From assembly GCF_009914755.1 (NCBI RefSeq), contig NC_060927.1: DNA of 64,000 nucleotides, one strand, 5' to 3'. Below are positions 43,330 through 57,420 of the stretch, piece after piece. Numbering within the stretch: the stretch's first letter is position 1; each line of letters opens with the position of its first letter. Position numbers and translations under genes: made by a program. This stretch comes from the human T2T-CHM13v2.0 reference genome, Homo sapiens. The notes beneath the pieces were generated by a model. The model worked only from the letters and a program-made list of their open reading frames with translations, made no database searches and was not told the origin of the DNA.

Positions 43330-45400
43330 TTTAAAGCTAGTTTTCCCCCAATATCCATTCTCCCCTTCTTGAAGAACCTGAGATTTTTAGCCCAGAATAA
43401 CAGCTATATTATTTAGACTCCTAAACAATAATTTTTAGGCAGCTAAACAATCATTTCGAGAGATATCAGCATTATTTAGACCTACTGGGTCATGGCAGAA
43501 AATGCTATGTGCTCCTTACGGGTTGGACTCTTAAGAGAAGGAATACACCTTACTAATAGTTTCTGCTCCCTCCTATGGTCCTGAATGTAGATTTGGTAGT
43601 GTCATGAGATTCTTGGGGTGTTGCTTCACCAGCCAGAAACCTCCGTAGCCAGTGACGCCTTTGCCTCGGTTTTGCTTGGGCCTGCTGGGCTCCTTCTGCC
43701 CACTCAGCCTGGCAGGCTGTGCTCAGCTTGTGCTACTGGCCTGGATCCCACACCTGCCAAGATGAGTTAAGTGTGGAACAGCAAGGGGTGTGTGAGTGAG
43801 TGAGTGTTGGGTCCAGCCACTGCACACAGCCAGGCACACCAGATGCTGGCTCCCTGTGAGGCTGCAGCTGGACCAGATATACTGCAAGCAGCTTCCACAG
43901 TTGGCACCAGAAGCTTGGAGACACCAAGAACTGCAGAGCCCCAAACAAGGTGTCACAGCCCTGGCTTGGGGAGCTCCTAGGTCTGGGATCCCCAAAGGGC
44001 TGTAGCTTTTCTCTCCTTTCCTTCTTGTCACCCGCAACATAGCGAGCAAGGGGCATGTTTCAGCCCTGTTACTTACAGCTCTTTTAGCCCCACCATTTGG
44101 CAGATTCCAAGTTCCTGTCTGACATCCCGGAAAAACGAAGTACATGGACAAGTGGAGGTTGAGCAAGGTAAAGAGGAGCTTTACTGCGTGACAGAATAGC
44201 TCAGGAGGGAGACCCGCAGTGGGTAGCTCATCTCCACTGGCAGGGTATCCTGATGAGTGTTCAGCTTTCAACAACTGGAGACCCTGGAGTGGGTAGCTCC
44301 TCTCCGTGGCTGATTGTCCACTCATTTACTCAGCTCTCAGCAGGGAGGAGACCCTGGAGTGGGTAGCTCCTCTCCACAGTGAGGTCATCCCATTTTCTCC
44401 TTGAATCTGACAGTCTGGGGTTTTTATGGGCTTCAGAGGGGAGGAAGGGTGAGCTGATTGCTCCAAGGGCAGCCATGGGTTGGAAAAAGCACTGTAAGTT
44501 CCCACTCTGGTCTGTGAGACTGGCAGCCTGGCCCCCAAGATTCAGGCCTTCCCCAGCTTGAAGGTAGGGCTTCACTAGGGACTCTCCCCTTTCTGCCCTG
44601 GTGCCTGTTTGCCTCCTGCCATTGTTCATGGCACCCAGGCTGTTCATGCTGAGAGATGCCTGCAGGCCAGTGTTGAGCTGCCCTCAGCACCCCCTTGGCC
44701 TCTCTCCCATGCTCATTGGTGCCCAAAGTCTGGAGGGGGCCTAGGCAGCAGGGGGTTGTCACGTCAGTACTGCCCTGAGCATGCACGCACCTGGCCGGGT
44801 TGTGACAGTGCCCTAGCTCAGCCTCGACTTTGCTCTGAGATCAAAGCAAGTGTCAGGAGCAGGGAGAGGCCAGGCAGTGGAAGCAGGCACTTTGGACCCT
44901 GCAAGGGAAGGGGGCACCTTCCCAGGCCCTCGAGAGTGCAGAGATGCCTGGGTCTGCAGCTGTGGCTTGGGTGGCTGCAGCTGTGCCCAGGAGGGCAGGA
45001 CACCTGCCTACTTCCAGCCTCCAAGAGCACAGGGATGCCCGGGTCCACAGTCACAGCTTCAGTGGTTGCAGCTGCACTTGGAAGGGCTGGGCTCCTACCT
45101 GCTCTGTGGAGCCCACAGCCCCAACTGCTCCTTCCCACTGCAGCCAGTGTTTTTGCAGTGGCTGCTCCAGAAGGGCTGCTGCTGCTATCAGTAGTGAGAC
45201 ATATTTATCAAACCAGAAGCAGGAAACACCTAGGGATGGCAGAGTAACAAGAGAAAAGGAGTCTATGTCTCCCATGCCTGGAGTCACCATAGGAATCCTG
45301 GACTAACAATGCTTATGTTGATACATGAGAAAGAAATAAACCTTTGGCTTCTTGTACCCTAACTTTCAAATTTTGTTACTTATCAAGAGAACCATATAGT
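43330..45400 (+). mobile_element. MaLR LTR (MLT1J-like) split by the MER52A insertion; pieces ~43330-43599 and 45191-45400
   Basis: ccccaatatccattctccccttctt...cctgaatgtagat then gggatggcagagtaacaagagaaaaggag...catgagaaagaaataaacc. Confidence 0.65.
43600..45190 (-). mobile_element. MER52A-like ERV1 solo LTR, full length
   Basis: Minus strand runs TGATAGCAGCAGC... to ...AATCTCATGACA (TG...CA); 4-bp TSD GTAG at 43596-43599 and 45191-45194; internal gagaccctggagtgggtagctcctctcc repeats. Confidence 0.88.
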
Positions 45401-45559
45401 TTTTTCCCATTATCTAATAATATGAGGAATTACATAAACATTGAATAAAATATTCAAAGCATGAATCTTTTGCATTCTTGATAAAAGCTCTGCTTGGTCA
45501 ACTTTGCAATAGATTCAATTTGTTACTATGTCATTTAATTTAAGTTATTTACATCATAT

Positions 45560-47000
45560 GCAAAAGTGCTATTAGTCTGAAATTTTTAATTTATTTTTTA
45601 AATGTTTTGGTATCACAGTTTTGCTAGATTTATAAAATAATTTTCAGAATCTTCCATATTTTCTATGCTCCTACATAATTTATATGTCAGGTAAATATTG
45701 GTTTTTGGAAAACTTTAAGGAAATTGCTTTTAAACCACTATGGCCTAAATATTTTCACCCACTTTTCCGTTGTTATATAATTGTTGATATTCCTAGGCTT
45801 CCTTCTTTTTTGTTTAATCAACCATATATTTTTAGAAAATCATTATACTGAGATTTGTATATCAGATTACACAGATTTGTATATGACATTCGAAAACATT
45901 TTCTCAGATTTTGGATCTTCTTTCTCATTCTTAATATAGTGCTCTTCAGTTTTGTGTATTACTTTTTCCTTGGCATTACATAAGACAGAAGTTTATCTAT
46001 TTAATTGTCTTTGTCAAATAATCTCCACTGACTTTTCTTCTTTACAGTGTATTCATTACTTCCTACAATACGGGCTCTCTTTTTGCTTTTCTTGTTTTGT
46101 GTTTTTCTTTTCTTGAATTGATTGGTTAGTTCACTTATTTGTAGGGTTTTTTTGCTTAACAAGAAAAATATTTGCAGATAAAAATTTTAGTTTCTGATTA
46201 AACCTTTGATCGTGCTAAAAATGTTTGATATATATTATTCCCACTGTTATTTTTCTACTAATATCTAAGTGGAATTTTTGTTTCTCCTTTGCTCCAATGT
46301 AACTTTGGGGAGTTCTTTTTCTTTTAAATTTTAGAGATTTGTAGAGGGTTACAATTATATTACTAATTTCAATTGTTAAATTATTGGATTCAGAATATGT
46401 GGCTTAAGACGTATCTACCATTGAAGATTTATTCGGGTTATTTGGTGCCTAACACTATAATTTTAAAAAATTTTGCATAAAATTTTAAAACAGATATAGG
46501 ATAATCATTTAAATATAAACTATACAAAGAAAAATATGTTTCCTATATCTATTAATCTTATTTTTCAGATTCTTGAAATCCTTGTCTGTTAAATATTTAA
46601 GTTAAAATAGATAGGAAGACAACTTATTTTTTTTTTCAGTCCTCTAATATTTCTGTCCATCTACACTGGAAGTTCTAAAGGGTTTATCTTTATATAGTTA
46701 AATATAAGATTATTCATTTTGCAAGTGTTTATGTCTGATCTACCTTTAATATATACTTTACAGATTATCAATGATGCAACTTTAATATCTGAAATACTAC
46801 TTAAATTTATACTATTGAGATCCCTGTTTTCACATTGAATTTGAGTAACATATCTTTATCTGTCTTTTTGCATTTAATTTTCTTGTTAGTCATTCTTTAG
46901 GTGTGGTTTTATGAATAGCATTTAGATTTGGTTTTCTAGACCAATGTGATAATCTACCTTCCAATTTTTTGTGTTATTTTGCTATTTCCTATGTATACTT
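45560..47000 (-). mobile_element. Highly decayed L1M fragment
   Basis: Very T-rich with L1 antisense-like motifs (ttttggtatcacagttttgctag, tttatctattt...); boundaries uncertain. Confidence 0.5.
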
Positions 47001-49324
47001 TACTTTCCTCGGAAACATGAAGTATAGAATATAAAATATACAGTATATGTTTTTTCCAGCCCATCTCTTGACCTCCTGCCCCATTCCTTCTTGCTTTTTT
47101 CTCCTCTTAGACCTATTGGCTCTGTATGAAGGTAGGTAAATAAAACGGTAGAAACAATTGTAGGAGGACCTTAAAAAATCAATACCCAGAACATACGCTG
47201 AGGACATCTAGCAGAGCTTGGTTTTGGGGACATGTTGAATTTACTTCCAATTTTACTAATTACAATGTATTATAATTTGATTCTTCTTTCATCCCAGGGA
47301 TGATTTAAGAGTGCTGTGAAAATATTGTTTATGCATATGGATTATTTTTTGAAAAGATTATAAAGAAGTCATATATTCATTGGAATATATGGATATGTAA
47401 CTAGTTCATTTTTGTAAACTACTTAAGATGAAATTAGTGAAGGACATGAGGCATAGGTGTTAAGTATAAAGTGGGTATAACTCTGTGTAATCTTAAAGAA
47501 AAACCATATGAGAAGACAGAAGACTCAGGGTACCTCAAAAATGTGGATGGGTGCCCTTATGCAAATGAGGAAGGTTAGACCTTGAATGTCAGATATGAGG
47601 ATTCAAGCTTCTAATGATTCTTCCTCTTTTTTTCTTATTATAATCAATTAATAACATTACCTCACATAAGCTACCCTGAGTTAGAGAAGCTTTTATCAAC
47701 CACTTCTACCTTAAACTTTAACAGGGAGGTCTCTCCTGCCTACTCAGCTCTCCCCACAAAAATAACTCTGGACTAATTTGTCCCCCATGGGTGTCTTCTT
47801 CCTCAAGCTATCTTTTCTGCTTCCTGCTTCTTAACTTTGTGCTGGTCTCTAAGTAGAAAGTGGAAAGGAGATGAAAAAAAACAATAAGCCAAGTTTTGAA
47901 AAGTCTTCTTTTTACTTCATGGACCTTTGTTACTGAGAAGAGAGTTAAAAAAATTAATTTGGTTTTTGAAAATCAAACACAAGACAAGGAGTATACAACA
48001 AAGTGAAATTTGAAATATATATATTTTTAGTCTGCCTTCATCAAAAGTTGGCAGGATTTCCTTCCACAGTCTGGCAATTTGTGAGTTAAGCTTAGCCTGC
48101 ATATTAGGTGAGTTTTATTATTTTCTATTGTCTTCAGACGCATTTTGAAAGTCATATTAGGAAGAGGTTAAATAGGAAGTGTCTTTGTCAAACATCACCT
48201 TAAGTTGGAAGCCCCATTAAGAGGGAATTTTACTCTCTCTTTTATAATATAATGCATTAGGTCAAACATCTTTTTCAAGCTGGGCTTAGTTACCCCAAAT
48301 GTGTGTTTGGTAGATACTCTACCATGGACTGTCACATTTTATTCAAAGCTTTCAACATGAACATTTTATTTTTGCCTTTTACCAGAAAACACTTGAACAT
48401 AGTTGTGAATTCTAAAACAAGTGTTACATTGAGTCAAATATTTCCTAACTTAGTCATTTGTTATTTTGAATTGGAGATTTAGTTCCCAAAATTAAAGTTC
48501 TGAAAGGATAAAGAATTTACGATGTAATAAGCTAGGAAATTCTCTATTAATATAAAGGCATGTTATTTCCATTAACTAACAAATATGTTCTTGGATTTGA
48601 CCCAATAACTACAAAGTTATCCTTCTGATACAGAATAGCCTAAGGGTGCTTTCTAATTAAAATTTTGAAAGTTGATGCTCAATATACCTTATCTGTCTGC
48701 AATTCTAAATTAAGCTGGGATCTATTATATTGAGTTAGTCTATAATCTTTTCTTTCACTGGTATGTAGCAGTTGAAGAAATGCTAATTTAGTAAATCAGA
48801 TCAAGTTCAATCCTAAACTATTATTACGATAGCAAATAAAGTTAGTTGTAGTTATGGTCGAGTTGCAATTTATGGAACCTCATAATCTTACTAGTAATAA
48901 AAATAATAATTCCAACAATAATAATATGCTACCATTTATTACACTCTTGCTGTGTTCCAGGCCTTTAAAATGCATTATCTCATCTGACTTATGCTACAAC
49001 TATAAGAAGGAATTATCACATCAATTCCATAGTAAAAGCAGCTGAGGTGAGAAAATAGGATGGTTTTCAATAACAAAGCAATGGGCGCCAGGGGGTGTTG
49101 AGTAATTGGATGGAAGGTGCAATCCAAAAAGAGGATTCATTAAAGAGCTTCTAAAATCTTATAATAACATTTATTTTAGGTTTTAAAATTGCCTTAGTAG
49201 CAGACATGTGCCTCAGATGACATGGAAAGATGGAGCAAAACGCATAAGAAAATAAAAATCATAAATTTCACTTCACAGGTTACATTTTACATGAGTGGGA
49301 AATTTCCAGAATCTGCCTACCCGT

Positions 49325-50130
49325 TCTATGTACGGATCTGGAATTCAGGAGGGAGGTCTGACTGAGTTATAATTTTGGAAATCATCAGTATGTGATAGAA
49401 GTTGAAGTCTGAGGTATGGATAAGACATTTTAAAAGCTTTGTGGACTGAGAAGAAAAAAGGACAAAGGATATGATTTGTGGAATTTGGATATTCAAAAAG
49501 CAATAAAAATGAGAAATAATAGTATAATTAGGACAGGATGTTATCATCAAAACTAATAAAGATTATATGAGGTAAAGAATAGCTGAAAATGTTGAATTAT
49601 GTTGTCAAGCAATACAAAGTTCAAAAGGTGTCTAATTGGCTTGCCAATTAGTCAGCTACAGACACCCATTCCTGGTGAACAGAGGTGGGCAGACTTGGAA
49701 TTCAGTTTTCTAGTGCATTCAGGAGTAAATGGTAGGTGGGTAGGTGAGGAAGTGAATGAAAATTCTATAAAAGCATGGGTGTGCAGAGATTAAGAGGTCG
49801 GTAGCTAGAAATCAAGAAAACAGTTTTATCAGAGAGACTACAACACATTTATCTCTGCACAGGAGTGAATGGTAGGTAGGTAGGTGAGGAAGTGAATGGA
49901 AAGTGTAAAAGCCAGGATGTGCCAGAGATTAAAAGATCAGTAGCTAGAATCAAGAGAAGACTTTTATTAAGGAAACCTAAACACATCCTATGTGTGGAGA
50001 GAGAGAGAAGATTGAGACGTAGGGCAGACAGATGATATGACAGTGATGCTTGAAGGAAGTCCAGTGCATAAATCTCAACAAGATGTCCTGGAAGGGCTGC
50101 CACAGATGATAGTGCAGGGCAGTGAGTGGA
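49325..50130 (-). mobile_element. L2 fragment containing a ~142-bp tandem duplication
   Basis: ggatctggaattcaggagggaggtctgactgagttataattttggaaatcatcag is typical of reverse L2. Confidence 0.6.
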
Positions 50131-51019
50131 GGGGTGAAAGACAACACAAAGTCGTGCAGTTCATCTTGTTACCATACTGAAATTACACATTGTCCGTGAT
50201 AGAAAGGTCCTTAGGGTTATCTACTGCAACATGCAGCTGTTATATTTGTGCATATTCAGGAAAGTGAAGGACTTGCCTAGGGTCAGATAATAACTACATA
50301 GGGACAGAGGCAAGACCGGGATTTTGTTCTGATTTGTAATTCAATGTTCTTTCTGGTACACCAGGAAACACAGACTCAAGCTTATACTTTCTGGTGATAG
50401 AATATCAAAGCAGTTCTTAACAGCATCCTGAGTATTGAATTCACCTTTTATTGAGGTGAAGGCTAGAAAAACTAATTTTTCTTGCTTTCTAAACTTGCCC
50501 TACTCCTGAAATCTGTATGAATCAAATGTAATTTTGACTTCTAATTTTTAATAATGGTTCTTCCAAAATGGATTAAAAATGGTAGATGTATGGCAGTTTG
50601 ATTTTGCATGATAGATTTATATATTTATGTTCTCAAATCTAAGTAACTATCATATTTTTGAAACTATATACCAATATTCTTGAAAAACAAGCACGGAAAA
50701 TAAACATTTTCAGGTACGAGTACATGAGGATGGGATTGGAAATCACATGGATCAGTAAGGAGATCTGGGATTTTGTGGTAGCTGTTCAGATATGAGATCT
50801 TCAAAGCTGTTTTGAGTAAAAATATTCACAGTTATAAGTAGCTATGCAGCACAATTCTGAATAGTGGTATTCTGAAATTTTGATTTATATTTCAGTCATT
50901 GTTTTCCAAATTTTGGTTCCCGAGTTGCTTATAGGTATTTTTTTAATAAAGAAGTCTGTGGCCAAATTTTGCCATGCTTTCACTGTATCCTTTCCTACCC
51001 CTACTTGAAAATTATAATG

Positions 51020-51656
<637 letters not shown>

Positions 51657-52764
51657 TAAAGGAGCTAAGAGCTAAACAGCTAAAGAGAAAAAAGGGCATG
51701 TTTTGCTATAGTACCTATACATTCTATCAATACTAACATTGTAAAACATAATTTTTCAGTATATAAATATACATATTTTATATTATATACATCTGTTTGT
51801 GTGTACATTTTGTGGGACAGGTGTTAGCAGTACAAATATCTATCTTTTAACCAGGCTTGTTGGTATTTTGGGAACGTCTAAATTTTGTATAGCTCATTGG
51901 TATTTACCTTGCCTTCTTTATAAGAATGAAAGATTTTAACTTTGGTTAGCACCAACTGATATTCAAAATAAGTATTATTTCCGTAATAATTTGGTTTATT
52001 GTCCCTTTCTGTAACAATAGAGCCAATGACCAGTTGCCTAAAATCTCTCCTTCCCATGCTTAATATTAAACATTTGGTCCAGTAAAAAGTCCACAGCTCT
52101 GCCTTTCAAAGCTTACTTCAGCACACTCCTCTTACAGGTGGTGGTATGTTTTCCTAAGTCCAAAAAGAATCTGACATGTGACTAATCTAAAGATGCCAAG
52201 AGAGATTTTCTTTTGTTTTGATTTGAAATACTATTGTGAAGTAGAAGGTCAATCTTGAAGGGGCTAGCATTAGAAACATGTTACTGTGTCATCTAACAAA
52301 GGACATAAAGATAATTGAACAATAAACTAAGAAAGTACATGAATTATTTGTGCCACCTATTTTTTAATTGCATAAAACAATATGGAAAACTGTAGATATC
52401 GGTTTAAGAATATTCAGATGCCCCGGCTAGTCACTGAAAGCACATACACATTTCTTACACTGACTCCATCCGCCTTGGATTGCCAGACTTAGTGATAAGT
52501 GGACTTGATAAGTTGTGATGCCTGCTTAATCAGCAGTATCCACCTTGATAGTCTGACATATTTAGAAATACCAAAGTTGAATAAAGCATAATATAAAAAT
52601 AGACAAAATTTTTTCTTAAAATAGCATCATTGTAGTTCATTGCACTCTTGGTAATAGACCTTGGGAAAATCCCCAAACTGAAAGTGGTTTGCTGAACCAG
52701 GATGTATTTTGCAAGGTAAGTGTACACCCTATGACATGAACCAAGTTTTTAGGTTTATTCAAAG

Positions 52765-53190
52765 AGAAAGGTCTATAAATGATGACAATGTTCAAATATC
52801 TTTAGTAGTTGAATTGGAGACTAAAATCTGGAAAAAATTCATATAGTTTGTGGAACAGTTTCACCAACTTTGCCTGTGAGTCATACTTAACATCTAACGA
52901 TAAGACAAGGTCAGCAACAGCAGGATCCCAGGACATCGGCATGGAAGTCAAGCTCACTGAAATTCAGATTTACTGGGCTAGACATGTATGGAAGATGGAT
53001 ATCAGCAGGGTGGCGAAGCAGCTGACAGACTAGCTGAAATGGAGTGATTGTAAGCACAGTGGGCAAAAGAAGTACTCTAAGGCCTTTAAGCAGTGTGGCA
53101 TAACTTCCGACTGGTGGACAGTGATAGCAGCAAACAGACCATGCTGGTGCACAGCAATCGGAATTTGTGTGGCTCCCTTCAAGTGACTGT
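52765..53190 (+). mobile_element. RTE-clade LINE fossil (L4/MamRTE-like), 3' part of the ORF
   Basis: Translation KVYK...ET...VEQFHQLCL*VILNI*R*DKVSN, frameshift, then EIQIYWARHVWKMDISRVAKQL...GQKKY...FKQCGI...IAANRPCW, matching RTE motifs FHQRCLR-IL-I-WQDK and QLRWAGHV-RM--R-PKQ. Confidence 0.85.
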
Positions 53191-54546
53191 GCTACGCAAA
53201 CTCTAGGACTCTTGCTTGAACTGTAATAAGGTAGCTGTATAGAGATGTGTAATGGTATGCTTTCCTTTTGAAATAGATGTAGCTAGGTCTTTATTGCATT
53301 GATTTGAACACAACTAATATTTCTACTAAAAAAGAATTCTTGTCAAAATCTATCCCTTAGTGTCCTCACAGGTGATTTTTCACTCCTAAGTTACGCCAAA
53401 CTATCCTGTAACCTCTCTTTATATTTTCACATTACTATATAATTTAGCTTCTCAGAAATGTTTATTTAGTTTCTGTTTTCTTTGGCATGTTCTCTATAAT
53501 TTTTACTTCTTATTTTCAAGGTCTACTATGATTCTCAATCCTTCTGAAATGCATTTCATCCCGTTTCCTTCTGCTTTATTCTGTCTCTGAACTTATCAGT
53601 TCAATGAGCCTTTACTTTCACAGGAGCTAAGAAACAAATAAGAAGAGATCCAATGAATACATATTATGTGATTTATCCTCATTGCTATTTCTTTATATAT
53701 TTCATTTTTCTTTTTTAGAAATTTGACATAAAGCTTAGCCCTAGCATGAAGTCTTCCCAAACCAGTGAAGTCAATTAGAACATATTCAAGTTTAATTTTA
53801 TCCCATTAAGCAAACTGGATTTCAGGGCCTTTGAGCTTTGATGGTAGCTGACGCGTGTTCCAGTAACTTACAATTCAAATGCGACTGTAGAGTTTGCTGT
53901 AGTTTTGAACTTTATCTCTGAAAGGTTGTGTGGTTCAGACTTGTGTGTTTTTCTTTTCTAAATTATAATAAAGTGTAAAATTTCATTTTAAGAGTCCTAC
54001 AATCCTTGAAAACATCGTGGGGTTTTTCAATTGTAGAGATTTAGAATAGATCTTATGATTTATGTATTTCTCAAGTCCATAACACCTGATCTTGTTTAGT
54101 TACTATCAAGAACATCTTTTCACCCTGTAGAAAAGGAATATTTTAAAGAATGACTTAATTTTGAACTGTTATTTTATCTTCCATACAAGCTATTTGATTA
54201 CTGGAGTTTTGCCTTTCAGAAATAATTAAACCTAATTTTAAAAACAACTGATTATGGGATATATCTGTATCTATATTTATTTCTATATCTATATCTATCC
54301 CTCAACCAATTATAGTCCTATAGAATATTTAGCAGTTCTAAAAAATGAGTCAATGACCATTTTTGCTTTTTTGACAAAAATACTGGATGAGGCTTATAAT
54401 TAAGTGTGTTAATCAGAAAAAAAATACTTTATAGCAAGAATATATATAATGAATGCCTTATTGAGTCCTAAGCTTTCTGGAAAATTATCACAGAATAAAT
54501 TTTGATGTGTCCACCTTCTCTAACACCCCACAATTACTGAAAATAA

Positions 54547-54859
<313 letters not shown>

Positions 54860-56009
54860 TAAAAACCATCTTTAACATTACCAGATTGTTACTTGGATGA
54901 GAAAAGAATATGCAAGAAGATTTAAAAAAAAAAATTTGTTACTGTTAACTTGTTGATTATTTTATTTTGTTTATTTTTATATTTTACTTATTGTCTAAAA
55001 AAAGACTTAAGGATGAGTTCAACATCAAAATGTGACCCAAACAAAGGGAACCAGAAATAAATTATAAGGTGTTTTGATTTTCCTTCAGTTAAGGCCATAA
55101 GGACAATATGCCACATGATATGATTTTACTTATTTGATAAAGGAGTGAATGCCAGTTCATTTGGAGAAACAGATTATTTCCTAGTACTAAATTCTAAATA
55201 AAATCTATCATATAAATTTCTACAAAGGGTATTAAAGTAACATAATTAGCTAGGTATTTTATAGGAAAAAGAAAAATTATTTTAATATTCATATATTACC
55301 CATTCATAAACACTAAAAATTAAATATCGCTAGTAAATATAGTGGGCACTATCCAGAATTTAGATAATTTAGATACTAAATTAATACATTGACAACATAT
55401 ATAAAACTAGAGCAAGGTTTGGCCTGCCCATTGAGAAGTCTATCTCAAATATCCTTGACTTACGTGAGCTTGTTTCAGGATTAAGGTATAGTCAGTTCAG
55501 GGCTGGATTCTATGATGACTATCTGGAATGCCAATATTCTATGCTGTTGAAAGCAATCCATATTCTTTAAATCTAATATAAGTCTATGGCAGAACTTACA
55601 TTTATTATGAAAATCTGGAAACTTGATTTTTATTGTCACTACTTTCATACAGAAGGGTGCCTCTGCGTAGAATCAAAATTGCTACCAAAAAAGAGTTTTG
55701 ACTCATTCCAAGTAATTGCCCACTAATTTATTTGAAATTGCAGATTTCTGCATGGAGAAGATATTTGGGCTTAAAAAAAAAAAAGATCTAACCACAAAAT
55801 AAAACATTTAATTGCCTATTTTTATTATATAACTGTAATATTTTTAAGTGAACTCTATACTAGTTCACTTATATGCACTTGATATGCATTAAGTATGTGC
55901 ATATCAAGTGTTGCATTTCTGATAGTTACAGTTTCTTTTTTAACTTCTTTCATATATTTTAACATCTAAAAGAGTAAAATTAAGATTGGCATTTTCCCAA
56001 TGCAAAACC

Positions 56010-57420
56010 ATTTAAACAAGTCCTTTAGTCTATTGTGCACTTACGATGTGATAACCACAGTCCTTGTTGCTAAAGACTAACAAAGCATTTGTTTAGTGGA
56101 GGGTGAAACAAGTAAACATTAGTGAAGACTAGTAATATTTTGTGGTAAATGCAGTGAGAGAAAATGTACAGGGTGCGTTGTGAAAACAGGACAATCGCCT
56201 CATTGGCCTGAGTCCCGAAGGCCATTTAGTTGTTAATCAGGTGAAGGGCATTTTAGCTAGAAGGAATGGCAATTTAAGGAGTATTGAATCCAAATGCCGG
56301 AAGTTCAGTGTGGCTGCAGTCCAGATGTTTTATGGGTAGGTAGGAGTAGATTAAGTAGGAAGGGATGTGGAAGCCAGATGATGAAGGGCTTTGCTTACAA
56401 TAAAAAAAAAAGTTGGATTTTATCCAGAGTGTTAAGGCATGAATTAAAGCTTGAGGATTTATAGAAGGGGTAGATTCCAGAGCTATTAGAAGAACACAGT
56501 ATAGCATAGTGGCTAAAAGGAGCTGCCTAAATCTGAGCTTAAATCTAGGCCTTGTCAACTAAGAGTTGTGTGACTTGTGCATGTTATTTAACCTATAAAC
56601 CTAAGTGTCCTTATCTGCAAAATACTTGCCTGGTACATCGTTACTGTGCAGTAAAGAGTAGCTGGTGCTGCTGATTCTGGTTGCTACTTGCACTTCTTAA
56701 AAAGTGGACTTGAAGACTGAATACTGGCAGTAATGGAGGAGTAGGGTGCTACTGGAGAATTCACTAGAAATATAGGAAGAAGAATGGGTTTGGATTTTGG
56801 TGTTTTAGACGTGTTAAATTTGAAACAGAAAGTGGAAATCCAATGGAATCCATACTAGTTTGTGAGCTGTCAGCAATGTTGTATGGAAAGATGAAACCGT
56901 GAGTTAATGACAAAACTGCCTACATGGAGGAGATAGACAAGAAGATGTCAAGGGTGAAAAACTGCGTGCATTCACTATTATTTGAAAATTATGTGGAAAA
57001 ATAAAATAAAATCCCTGAACGAGAAAGAGGGAATCATAAAGGGATATAAGAGAAAATGGTGTTACAAAAGTCAAAGAAAGATTTCCAGGAAATAAATTGT
57101 TTATAATACTGATTGCCAATGAGATGTCGGTTGTGATAATGCTAGAAAATATTCACAAGAAGGAGCCACTGGAAGTCACTGTCAATGTTCAGAGAGGAAA
57201 AGGGAAAATCAAGTTTCAGTGGAATAGGAAGTGATTGAGACAAAAAGAAATGGAGAGTCTAGAGATTTGTCTGAAAAGGAGAGACAGAGGATGATGATGA
57301 TGATGATGCTGAGAGGAGAGCTCAAGGACTTTTTAGTTTTAATCTGAGCATATTATCACATTGCATGCAGGAAAAGAGCTGATTAAGGAGAATATGTACA
57401 CAAGAAAATGGGGAATAACT
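56010..57420 (-). mobile_element. L2 fragments with an embedded MIR (~56495-56650)
   Basis: agggcattttagctagaaggaatggc...gttcagtgtggctgcag...ttggattttatccag; MIR cagtatagcatagtggctaa. Confidence 0.6.

Noticed and set aside
44205-44376. Three spaced copies of gagaccctggagtgggtagctc, superficially CRISPR-like
   Set aside because: Internal tandem repeat of the MER52 LTR; spacers are related to each other; eukaryotic context with no cas genes
43723-45306. Longest ORFs in the window (200 and 212 aa)
   Set aside because: Inside the GC-rich MER52A LTR, open on both strands, no gag/pol/env or other recognisable motifs
52626-52660. IVVHCTLGNR resembling the phosphatase HCX5R motif
   Set aside because: Spacing is HCX4R and there is no surrounding PTP/DSP sequence
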